In this document: positions 16,685 to 25,110 of the stretch, one piece after another
Layout of the letters: each line of letters starts with the position of its first letter
Numbering within the stretch: position 1 is the stretch's first letter
Assembly: GCA_964616545.1 (NCBI GenBank)
Contig: CAZTUA010000027.1
Span: 3,163-67,162, forward strand
Direction of reading: 5' to 3'
Source of the DNA: an uncultured Actinomycetota bacterium
GTDB taxonomy: Bacteria; Actinomycetota; Humimicrobiia; Humimicrobiales; Humimicrobiaceae
DNA length: 64,000 bases
The notes under the pieces: model-generated
Database searches by the model: none
Told to the model about the DNA's origin: nothing
The model's input: the letters and a program-made list of their open reading frames with translations, nothing else
Program-made: the position numbers and the translations under genes

Positions 16685-18211
16685 CTACTCAGCAGGATGT
16701 ATGACAAAGGTACTCCATGACATTGCGGGCAGTGACACTTCAAACCAGCAATCACCGGTGCTTATGCTTAAATCCTCTGGATTCTGTGTGTCATTCTGTA
16801 AAACAATAACAATCTCCCCTCCAGGATTTAAAAAGGATACTGCATCCACACCGTTTGCCATAGTTATCAGATAATTTGCGCCTTCCTCCACAAAAAAAGT
16901 GAAATGCTTAAAAGCGTAGAACATCGGCGTGTAAATAACCTCTCTGGTATTCTTATCCACTACAACAGCTGCATTCTGTGGCCAGGGTGTTACAGAATCT
17001 ATGCTTTTCCCTTCTTCGTCCAGTACCATATTCCAGAGCATATATGAGTTCGCACCTTCATCAAAATATTCCTTTATTTTACCCCATGTATGCACGCCAT
17101 ATTCCCAGTCATTCTGCGGAAAATCAGGGTCAAAGGTGGGCAGCCAGTTGAAATTCCCGCATTCTGTTTCTGTCTGCATAATCCTTTTGTCAGGATGATA
17201 CCTGCGTATTTCCTCTATACAGTTAAGGCCGCTCCACTGAAAGCCCACTGTGGATACGTAACTATCTGCTTTAGCATCACCAAGCACTTTGTAAGGGAAG
17301 GCAAAATAATTAGCTTCCTGTATCGTGCCGAGCATTATTTCTGCTCCCAAATTCCTTTCTTCAAATAAAGGGCCCATATAGTCCCTGATAAAGACAAGAA
17401 ACTGCTCCGGAGTCCACAGACAGGTGGGGTAATTTCTTTCAATTTCCGGTTCATTCTGTACCGCAACCATATAAATATCAATTCCCTCGTTTCTGTATTC
17501 TTCAACAAAACGCGCAAGATAAAGCGCAAACGCCTCATACATGCGCGGTTCATCTTTCATGCTGCCTCCGTCAAAATCCCCGTTTGTTTTCATCCATGTA
17601 GGGGGTGTCCAGACCGAGCCCCAGACTTTTAAGTCCGGCCTGTATTCAAGGGCAGCTTTAATATAAGGTATGAGATATTCCCGGTCTCTCTCTATTGAAA
17701 AATTTTCCATTTTAAAATCATTTTTTTCCTCATTTAATGTATAGCGGCTTACTGCAAAGTCGCTGGCTCCTATCGGCACCCTGCAGATATTGAATTTTGC
17801 GCCTTCCTCCGGGTCAAAGAGCTCCCTTATCACTTCATCCCTCTTTTCAGGAGCCAGGAGCAGGAGCGCCTCCCAGCCCTTTTCGTTAAAAGCTCCGCCA
17901 AAACCATCAATTTCCTGGCCTATACTTGTATCAACTGTGTAAACCCTTACGCTGGCTTTCTTTCTCTCTTCCCTGACCAGCACAGGGGGCTCCATATCCT
18001 TCCACTGCTCATCGGGAGTACTCAGCATCCATGTAACTTCTCCGGTTTGCTTTACGGTATCTTCTGCATCTTCTGCAGCAGGACTCTCGATGATATCCAT
18101 TTCCCCTGTTTTTTCATCCATAGCATCTGTACTTTTTCCGCTGCATGACAACAGCAGAAAAAGGAGTGGCACTATTATTAATATAACCAGAATATTATTA
18201 ATTAATTTCAT
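16685..18211 (-). CDS. GH30 glucosylceramidase-like glycoside hydrolase, lipoprotein
   Basis: IDGFGGAFNEKGWEAL, RVPIGASDF, WGSVWTPPTWMK and VAVQNEPE are GH30 blocks. The preferred start is the ATG at 18211 (GAAAGGGG upstream), giving MKLINNILVILIIVPLLFLLLSCSG with a lipobox. Confidence 0.82.
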   Translation of the reverse strand: MKLINNILVILIIVPLLFLLLSCSGKSTDAMDEKTGEMDIIESPAAEDAEDTVKQTGEVTWMLSTPDEQWKDMEPPVLVREERKKASVRVYTVDTSIGQEIDGFGGAFNEKGWEALLLLAPEKRDEVIRELFDPEEGAKFNICRVPIGASDFAVSRYTLNEEKNDFKMENFSIERDREYLIPYIKAALEYRPDLKVWGSVWTPPTWMKTNGDFDGGSMKDEPRMYEAFALYLARFVEEYRNEGIDIYMVAVQNEPEIERNYPTCLWTPEQFLVFIRDYMGPLFEERNLGAEIMLGTIQEANYFAFPYKVLGDAKADSYVSTVGFQWSGLNCIEEIRRYHPDKRIMQTETECGNFNWLPTFDPDFPQNDWEYGVHTWGKIKEYFDEGANSYMLWNMVLDEEGKSIDSVTPWPQNAAVVVDKNTREVIYTPMFYAFKHFTFFVEEGANYLITMANGVDAVSFLNPGGEIVIVLQNDTQNPEDLSISTGDCWFEVSLPAMSWSTFVIHPAE

Positions 18212-18293
18212 TTTAACTGCCCCTTTCTCCTCTGGCATTTCTTATACAGGATCCCTCTTGAATTTAATTATGATTATTAATAGTTTGCCTGAC

Positions 18294-19793
18294 TTAGTAT
18301 CTTCTATTACTCTTTAAAATCTCTATGAATTTTTCTACAAGATCCGGGTCAAACTGCGTACCGCTGCATTTTTTGAGCTCGGCTATTGCCTCTTCTTTGC
18401 TTATGGCTTTTTTATAGGGTCTTCCCGTTACCATGACTTCATAAGCATCAACAATAGCTATTATCCTTGACAGAACAGGTATATCTTCCCCTCTTAATCC
18501 CTGGGGGTAGCCCCTGCCGTTCCACCATTCATGTACGGTTAAAATATATTCGGCAATACTTGACAGCTGTTTTGACGAGACCGCAATCCGGTAGCCTATC
18601 TCAGGATGACGCTTTATGGTTTCCCATTCTCTTTTACTTAGATTTTCCTTTTTATTCAAAATTACGTCCAGTATGGCAACTTTCCCTATATCATGAATTG
18701 TTGCCAGTAGGGAAAGTTCGTCAAGCTCAGCTGCTGATAGCCCGATTGACTTACCCAGACTCAGAGCCATTTCCTTTATTTTTCTGGTGTGCTCTTCACT
18801 TTTAATGCTTTTCTCGAATAATGTTCTTTCCAGTGATGATATTATTGAGCTAATGATGCTTTTTGTTTCCATGAGTTTCTGCCTGTACATATTTTCTTCG
18901 GCTTTCTTTATCACTTTTGAAAAATTATCAGCATTTCTACTTTTAGTGGAGGTTCCAAGTGATATGCTCAGCGGAATTCCCCCTACCCGGGTTTCTGCAC
19001 TTTTTTCCCTGATTCTTTTTACAATTCTCATGGCAACTTCTTCATCGGTTTTCGGAAGAAGCATTGAGAATTCATCGCCGCCCCATCTTGCAATAATATC
19101 TTCTGACCTGCAGCAGCTCTTTAAAACAGCCGCACAGCTTCTTAGTATCTCATCGCCTTCGTCATGGCCAAATGCATCATTTATTAGTTTTAATCCATTT
19201 ATATCCCCGATAATAATGCTTACAGGAAGCTGCCTTTCAGTATTTAACCTGCTTAACTCTTCATCGAAATAAGCTCTGTTGTAAAGATCTGTAAGATTAT
19301 CATGAAAGGACATATAAGACAGGTGGTTCTCTGTTTCTTTTCTTTTTGATATGTCATGAAGAATGCCCTGAATGGCGGCAAGTTCGTTCCGGTCGCTATA
19401 AAATGGGGTTAATGTTTCTTCAAACCATACTGTGCTGCCGTTTTTGTGAATAAAACGGATTTCTGCCGCCCTTGAAAAATCAAAATCACCACTCTGTATT
19501 CTTTTAATTATTTTTTTATCATCAGGATGAATAACCTTATAGATAAATCCGGGGTCATCGTAAAACTGTTCCGGCCTGTAACCAAGATTTTTTTTTACTG
19601 AAGGGCTCATATATTCATACTCAAATTCCGGAACCAGCTTATACTTATATATGATATCTGAAGCATTATCCAGAAGCTTCTTATAATATGACCCATCTCC
19701 CCCGGTTTTCTCAGGGGTTTTTTTCCTTTTACTTTTTGAATTTAACTTATCTTTATATGTTTTCATTACGGGAACTAATTTATGACCCGGCAA
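18294..19793 (-). CDS. PAS-GGDEF-HD-GYP signalling protein (c-di-GMP synthesis and hydrolysis domains)
   Basis: RSEDIIARWGGDEF has the I-site RxxD 5 residues before GGDEF. The HD-GYP motifs are HDIGKV and HEWWNGRGYPQGL. An N-terminal PAS-like region is present. An alternative start is the ATG at 19766. Confidence 0.85.
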   Translation of the reverse strand: MPGHKLVPVMKTYKDKLNSKSKRKKTPEKTGGDGSYYKKLLDNASDIIYKYKLVPEFEYEYMSPSVKKNLGYRPEQFYDDPGFIYKVIHPDDKKIIKRIQSGDFDFSRAAEIRFIHKNGSTVWFEETLTPFYSDRNELAAIQGILHDISKRKETENHLSYMSFHDNLTDLYNRAYFDEELSRLNTERQLPVSIIIGDINGLKLINDAFGHDEGDEILRSCAAVLKSCCRSEDIIARWGGDEFSMLLPKTDEEVAMRIVKRIREKSAETRVGGIPLSISLGTSTKSRNADNFSKVIKKAEENMYRQKLMETKSIISSIISSLERTLFEKSIKSEEHTRKIKEMALSLGKSIGLSAAELDELSLLATIHDIGKVAILDVILNKKENLSKREWETIKRHPEIGYRIAVSSKQLSSIAEYILTVHEWWNGRGYPQGLRGEDIPVLSRIIAIVDAYEVMVTGRPYKKAISKEEAIAELKKCSGTQFDPDLVEKFIEILKSNRRY

Positions 19794-19898
19794 TTTTTTA
19801 TTTTCCTAATTATATAATAAATATCTCAATAATTCATTAACGGCTTATATTTTCCAGAGCCTCCGATCTGCTGATCTTAAAAATCAGGGCTCATATGT

Positions 19899-19907
19899 TG
19901 ATATAAT
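19899..19907 (+). promoter_or_regulatory. Extended -10 element TGATATAAT upstream of the XRE gene
   Basis: It matches TGnTATAAT perfectly, about 95 nt upstream of the ATG at 20001. Confidence 0.3.
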
Positions 19908-20000
19908 TGTCAACTTGTTATGGGCCAAAAAACTTATAGAACTCTTTTTAATATTATAGAATTGAAAAGATACTAAAAAGTATTTTTGAAATTTATTTAT

Positions 20001-20342
20001 ATGATTTATTCCAATAAAGACTTCGGTACTGCTTTAAAGGAAATAATAGAGAAAAAGAAAATTAAACTGAGAAGTCTGGCCAATAAAACCAGCCTGAATT
20101 ACAGTTACTTCAGCAAACTTAAAAAAAGAGGGAGTTATCCGCCTATTTCGACTATTAAAGTCATCTCTGACGGTCTTGGTATACCCCCGGAATACTTCAT
20201 GGAATACAGAATTTATAAAATTGAAAAAATTTTAAAGAAAAACCCCCATATCATTGATAAAACCTTTGATTTCGCAAAGACACTTGCAGATAAAGAGAGA
20301 CTAAAAGTAGCCGATAGAAAAAAATCATTCACAGAAGAGTAG
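20001..20342 (+). CDS. XRE-family HTH protein
   Basis: LRSLANKTSLNYSYFSKLKKRGSYPPISTIKVISDGLGIPPEYF is an HTH_3-like pattern. The ORF-track start at 19986 is TTG, so I prefer the ATG at 20001. Confidence 0.6.
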   Translation: MIYSNKDFGTALKEIIEKKKIKLRSLANKTSLNYSYFSKLKKRGSYPPISTIKVISDGLGIPPEYFMEYRIYKIEKILKKNPHIIDKTFDFAKTLADKERLKVADRKKSFTEE

Positions 20343-20392
20343 AATTATTATATCTTAAACCTGTCATTATTTAATTTATTCCATATTCCATT

Positions 20393-21355
20393 ATGAAGCT
20401 AACAGAACTTTCTGAAATTTTTGATAGAATTTTAAACAAATGCGTTATATGCCCTCATAACTGTAAGGTTAACAGGGTTAAAGGAGAAAAGGGGTTTTGC
20501 CGTGCTGGATACAGCCCGGTAATTTCATCTGCAATGCCCCATCATGGGGAAGAGCCGCCCATCTCGGGAACCCGCGGTTCCGGAACTATCTTTTTTTCAT
20601 ACTGCAACATGAAATGTGTGTACTGCCAGAACTACCAGATAAGCCAGGAAGCAGAAGGAGCAGACTACAGTATTGCAAGGCTGGCGGAGAGCATGCTTTG
20701 CCTGCAGAATTCCGGCTGCCATAATATCAATTTTGTAACACCTACAATATGGATACCGCAGATAATAAAGGCACTGGATATTGCCAGAGGAAAGGGTCTC
20801 TCTATTCCCACCGTATTCAATACCGGAGGATATGATAATCCCGGCATTATAAAAATGCTTGACGGCTTCATTGATATCTATATGCCCGATATGCGTTACA
20901 GTGAAGACAGCATGGCAAAAAAATACTCTTCCGTAGAAGAATATGTCCGTTATAACCGCCGGTCAGTAAAAGAAATGTACAGGCAGGTAGGCGGTCTTAA
21001 GTTAAATAAAAAGGGAGTTGCTGAAAAAGGGCTCCTGGTAAGACTTCTGGTCATGCCGGAAAATATTGGAGGAATTAAAAACACCCTGGATTTTATTAAA
21101 AACGAGTTATCAACTGATGTCTATTTAAGCATTATGGCACAGTACCACCCTGTTTACAGGGCATTCAGGTACCCGGAACTGAGCAGAATGATTACAGCAA
21201 AAGAATACATTGAGGTGGTAAAATATGCTGAAAAAAGGGGCTTTAGTTATGGATGGACACAGGACCATATATCACCGGGCGAGGGGGAGGATTTGTTCAT
21301 GCCGGATTTTAAAGATAAGAATGTTTTCAGATACTATAAGGATGATAAGCCCTGA
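20393..21355 (+). CDS. Radical SAM protein, PflX-type (COG1313) activase-like
   Basis: N-terminal CVICPHNCKVNR...GFC, then HHGEEPPISGTRGSGTIFFSYCNMKCVYCQNYQIS, which includes the CxxxCxxC motif. Confidence 0.8.
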   Translation: MKLTELSEIFDRILNKCVICPHNCKVNRVKGEKGFCRAGYSPVISSAMPHHGEEPPISGTRGSGTIFFSYCNMKCVYCQNYQISQEAEGADYSIARLAESMLCLQNSGCHNINFVTPTIWIPQIIKALDIARGKGLSIPTVFNTGGYDNPGIIKMLDGFIDIYMPDMRYSEDSMAKKYSSVEEYVRYNRRSVKEMYRQVGGLKLNKKGVAEKGLLVRLLVMPENIGGIKNTLDFIKNELSTDVYLSIMAQYHPVYRAFRYPELSRMITAKEYIEVVKYAEKRGFSYGWTQDHISPGEGEDLFMPDFKDKNVFRYYKDDKP

Positions 21356-21388
21356 CTATGCTGTTTTTGTTTGACTACCGGCTGTAAA

Positions 21389-23230
21389 TCAATCCGTTGC
21401 AGTGGATTTTCTCTTCTTTTTCCATTTTCTTAATTCTTCAAGAGAGAATGTATTTAATACATCTTTTTTCTCCAGGCCGGCTCTTCTGGCCATATCCACG
21501 CCCAGTCTCATCATATCCATATTATTTGGCCTGTGGGAATCTGTATTTATAACCAGCTTTACTCCCATCTCTGAAGCCCGTCTTATGTTCTGTTCATTAA
21601 GGTCCATCCTTAAATAATATGAATTTATCTCAAGAGCTTTATCGTGCACAGCCGCTGCTTTGATTAATCTTTCAATATCAATAAAGTACGGTGCCCTGTT
21701 TCCAAAAACTACTCCCGTCGGGTGACCGATAAAGTCAATATACTTATTTTTAACCGCGCTTATAGCCCTGGCAGTATTCTCTGCCTTTGAATTTAAAAAT
21801 GATGAATGCATTGAACCTATGGCTATTTCCATCTCTTTTATTATGCTATCGGGATAATCTAATTTGCCGCCTCCTTTTATATCAATCTCCGAACCCATTA
21901 GAATATTGAAATCTTTAAACCTGGATTTCAATTCATTTATATAGTTTGTCTTATCCTGTATTCTTTTGTTATCCAGCCCTCTGCCGTAATAATTGCTTAT
22001 AGAGTGGTCCGTAATTGCAAGATATTCATAATTATATTTTCTTATCCTCTCAACCATATCATCAATGCTTATAATGCCGTCACTCCATCTGGAATGAACA
22101 TGAAGGTCGCCCATGATGTCTTCCATTTCCAGAAGTGCCGGCAGTGAGCCTTTCTCTGCAAGCTCTATCTCGCCCTGGTTTTCCCTCAGCTCCGGCGGGA
22201 TATACTTAAGACCAAGCCTTCTATAAATCTGTTCTTCAGGATGCGGTCCATTACCCGGAGAGCAGTTTTTTGCCTCCATGCCGTTTGCTTCGGAGGAACC
22301 GGTATTTTTTATTCTCCCGTTTTCAATAAGTCCCCTTTTTCTGGCTATTTCTTCCAGTTTTTTTATGTGTTCCCTGCTCCCGGTGGTATATAAAATATCC
22401 GAAGATAAATTATTGTGGCTGCTTATAATAATCTCGGCTTCTACTTCGTAAATAGTCTCAAATCTTGCGCTTATACTCCCGGGCCTGATATCGTTTTCCT
22501 TAAATCCTTTTACAAACTCCAGCGATTTAATTTCTTCCAGCAGTTTTAGACTTCTTGAAGAATCAAAGGATTTTTCATTAAAACGCGGCAGCACCAGTAT
22601 ATCTATATCCCTTACCTGAGGTTTCTTTCTCCTGAGTGATCCTACGGCATATACTTTCTCTATATCCTTTATGCTACAGAGACTCTTTTCTATTTCGCCC
22701 AGGAAAAGTTCAGCCTGCCACCGCGGGTAAAGGCCTTCAATACTATCGATATAATCCAGAGAAAATTTAAGCCTTCTGGCATAAAACATGGTGTCTGCGC
22801 CATCATTGAAACCAGCGCCGGCCATAATATTGTAAATTCTTGAGCCGGCATCTTCTAAGGCGAGTCTTTCTTTTAGCTCTTCAATGGTTTTTATATCCAG
22901 GGCCTCATAAATTTTAAACATTCTCTTTTTTCCAAGGCCGCTTATTCTTGTAAGCGTTATCAGGTCCTCATCATACTTTGATTTCAATCTATCATATAAT
23001 TCAATTTTTCCCGTCTCCATGTACTCGGCCAGCAGTTCATATGCCGGTCCTTCCATGCCCGGCAGCTCCCTGACCTGTCCGCCTGGATAGGCTTTTTTTA
23101 TACTCTCAGGATTGTCTCTCAGTGTCCTTGCCGCTACTACCAGATTTAAGAGCAGTTCTTTATCCGTGTTACCGGATTTTTTAATTTCTGCAATATCCAT
23201 GAAGATATTTGCAAGGCGTAAATTAATCAT
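21389..23230 (-). CDS. polX: Family X DNA polymerase with C-terminal PHP domain (PolX paralogue 1)
   Basis: Nucleotidyltransferase motif GSLRRKKPQVRDIDILV. PHP motifs HVHSRWSDG, ITDHS, GSEIDI, GSMHS, IGHPTG, NTDSH. Confidence 0.85.
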   Translation of the reverse strand: MINLRLANIFMDIAEIKKSGNTDKELLLNLVVAARTLRDNPESIKKAYPGGQVRELPGMEGPAYELLAEYMETGKIELYDRLKSKYDEDLITLTRISGLGKKRMFKIYEALDIKTIEELKERLALEDAGSRIYNIMAGAGFNDGADTMFYARRLKFSLDYIDSIEGLYPRWQAELFLGEIEKSLCSIKDIEKVYAVGSLRRKKPQVRDIDILVLPRFNEKSFDSSRSLKLLEEIKSLEFVKGFKENDIRPGSISARFETIYEVEAEIIISSHNNLSSDILYTTGSREHIKKLEEIARKRGLIENGRIKNTGSSEANGMEAKNCSPGNGPHPEEQIYRRLGLKYIPPELRENQGEIELAEKGSLPALLEMEDIMGDLHVHSRWSDGIISIDDMVERIRKYNYEYLAITDHSISNYYGRGLDNKRIQDKTNYINELKSRFKDFNILMGSEIDIKGGGKLDYPDSIIKEMEIAIGSMHSSFLNSKAENTARAISAVKNKYIDFIGHPTGVVFGNRAPYFIDIERLIKAAAVHDKALEINSYYLRMDLNEQNIRRASEMGVKLVINTDSHRPNNMDMMRLGVDMARRAGLEKKDVLNTFSLEELRKWKKKRKSTATD

Positions 23231-23246
23231 TTTATAATAATTATTA

Positions 23247-23255
23247 TGTTATAAT
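23247..23255 (+). promoter_or_regulatory. Extended -10 element TGTTATAAT for the pcm operon
   Basis: Perfect TGnTATAAT 55 nt upstream of the pcm ATG. Confidence 0.35.
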
Positions 23256-23284
23256 ATTTCCTGTATTAATATTCAAAACAAGAT

Positions 23285-23293
23285 ATTATATCA
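23285..23293 (-). promoter_or_regulatory. Extended -10 element TGATATAAT (minus strand) for PolX paralogue 1
   Basis: The reverse complement of attatatca is TGATATAAT. It lies 55 nt upstream of the PolX1 ATG at 23230. Confidence 0.35.
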
Positions 23294-23309
23294 TAAATTA
23301 CTTCAAGTT

Positions 23310-23972
23310 ATGAGTAATATAACCAGCTACAGTAAAACTCCGGATAATAAAAAATACCGGCTGATGCGTAAAAATATGCTAGAAGAACAGATTGTATCAC
23401 GGGGTATAAAGGATAAGAGAATTCTTGAAGCTTTGATGAAGGTGCCGCGCCATTTTTTTGTGGATAAAGCCCATATTGACTCCGCCTATGAAGACAGGCC
23501 GCTTCCTATCGGTTCGGGACAGACAATATCACAGCCATACATAGTGGCTCTCATGACCGAAAGCCTGGAGCTTAAGGGAGATGAAAAAGTCCTGGAAATT
23601 GGGACCGGCTCGGGTTATCAGGTTGCAATACTGGCAGAACTCGCAAAGGAAATCTACACCGTAGAAATAGTTACCTCCCTGTATGAAAAGAATAAAAAAC
23701 TTCTCGCCGGATATAAAAATATAAAGATGAGCAATCACGACGGATACCTGGGATGGGAAAAATACTCTCCGTATGACAGAATAATTGTTACCGCGGCGCC
23801 AGATCATATCCCCCGGACCTTTATTGAGCAGCTAAAAGACGGCGGTATAATGATTATCCCTGTCGGCCATTCCAGCTGGAGTCAGATTCTGTATAAGGTA
23901 ATCAAAAGGGGAAAGAACATAAAAAAGATAAAACTTTGTGACGTGGCCTTTGTCCCGTTAACAAGGGATTAA
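23310..23972 (+). CDS. pcm: Protein-L-isoaspartate O-methyltransferase
   Basis: PIGSGQTISQPYIVALMTE and VLEIGTGSGYQVA are the diagnostic Pcm blocks. Confidence 0.9.
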   Translation: MSNITSYSKTPDNKKYRLMRKNMLEEQIVSRGIKDKRILEALMKVPRHFFVDKAHIDSAYEDRPLPIGSGQTISQPYIVALMTESLELKGDEKVLEIGTGSGYQVAILAELAKEIYTVEIVTSLYEKNKKLLAGYKNIKMSNHDGYLGWEKYSPYDRIIVTAAPDHIPRTFIEQLKDGGIMIIPVGHSSWSQILYKVIKRGKNIKKIKLCDVAFVPLTRD

Positions 23973-24021
23973 GATATAATATAGATTAATCAAAAACAAA
24001 TAATATAAATCTCAAAATATT

Positions 24022-25110
24022 ATGAAAACAGGAACAATGAATCTTCCCCTTCACAGAGGAAAGGCGCCGGCCTGGTTATTTACCAGAATGGAAAAACTCT
24101 CCCGTGAAATAATATCGATGATAGTTTCTGAATACGGTCCGGATGAAATGCTTTTGAGGCTTTCCGATCCGTTGTGGTTCCAGGCCTTTGGCTGCGTCCT
24201 CGGTTTTGACTGGCATTCCAGCGGGGTTACCACGACAGTCTGCGGAGCAGTCAAGGAAGCTGTAAGAGGACTGGAAAAAGACCTCGGTTTTTTTGTTGCC
24301 GGCGGCAAAGGAGGCACTTCAAGAAAAACTCCCCTTGAAATCGAGAATGCCTCTAACCTGGTTGGAAAAGATTTCTCCCATCTTATATATAACAGTAAAA
24401 TTACTGCAAAAATAGACAGCAACGCGCTTCAGGATGGTTACCAGCTTTATCACCACTGCTTCATTTTCACCACCGATGGCGGCACCTGGTCGGTAATACA
24501 GCAGGGAATGAATGAAACCAGCAGGATGGCGAGAAGATATCACTGGCTCTCAAAAGATTTGAAAAGTTTTGTTTGCGAACCGCATAAGGCAATATGCTGT
24601 GATAAAAAAACAAGCGTAATAAACCTGGTAGCAGCAGAAAGCCGGGAGGCCAGGGAAACAATTACGGGCATTTCATGCGAGAATCCGAAAAATATTTTAA
24701 ATGACCTGAGAAAAATAAGCCGGCGGCAGGAAAATAGTTATATTCTGCCGCAGAGGCATTATATTAAACTCAGCGATATGGAATCAAAGAGGCTGGAAAA
24801 AATATTTACCTTCACTTACGAGAGAAAACCGGAGAACTTTGAAAAATTGCTGGCACTGAAGGGCGTGGGTCCCAAAACAATACGGGCGCTGGCTTTAGTT
24901 TCTGAACTCGTTTACGGGGTAAACTACAGTATTAAGGACCCGGCCAGATTTAGTTTTGCCCACGGTGGAAAGGACGGTATACCCTATCCTGTTAACAGGG
25001 AGAACTATGACCGCTCAATAGAGATCTTACACAGGGCACTAAAGGATAGTAAAATAGGTAAAACTGAAAAAATAAAAGCCATAAGGAGGCTTGCAGCTTT
25101 TTATGGATAA
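24022..25110 (+). CDS. DUF763-family protein of unknown function, with a C-terminal helix-hairpin-helix
   Basis: LPLHRGKAPAWLFTRM...RLSDPLWFQAFGCVLGFDWHSSGVTTTV is what I recognise as the DUF763 N-terminal core. The C-terminal LLALKGVGPKTIRALALVSELVYG is a GhG-type HhH. Confidence 0.65.
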   Translation: MKTGTMNLPLHRGKAPAWLFTRMEKLSREIISMIVSEYGPDEMLLRLSDPLWFQAFGCVLGFDWHSSGVTTTVCGAVKEAVRGLEKDLGFFVAGGKGGTSRKTPLEIENASNLVGKDFSHLIYNSKITAKIDSNALQDGYQLYHHCFIFTTDGGTWSVIQQGMNETSRMARRYHWLSKDLKSFVCEPHKAICCDKKTSVINLVAAESREARETITGISCENPKNILNDLRKISRRQENSYILPQRHYIKLSDMESKRLEKIFTFTYERKPENFEKLLALKGVGPKTIRALALVSELVYGVNYSIKDPARFSFAHGGKDGIPYPVNRENYDRSIEILHRALKDSKIGKTEKIKAIRRLAAFYG

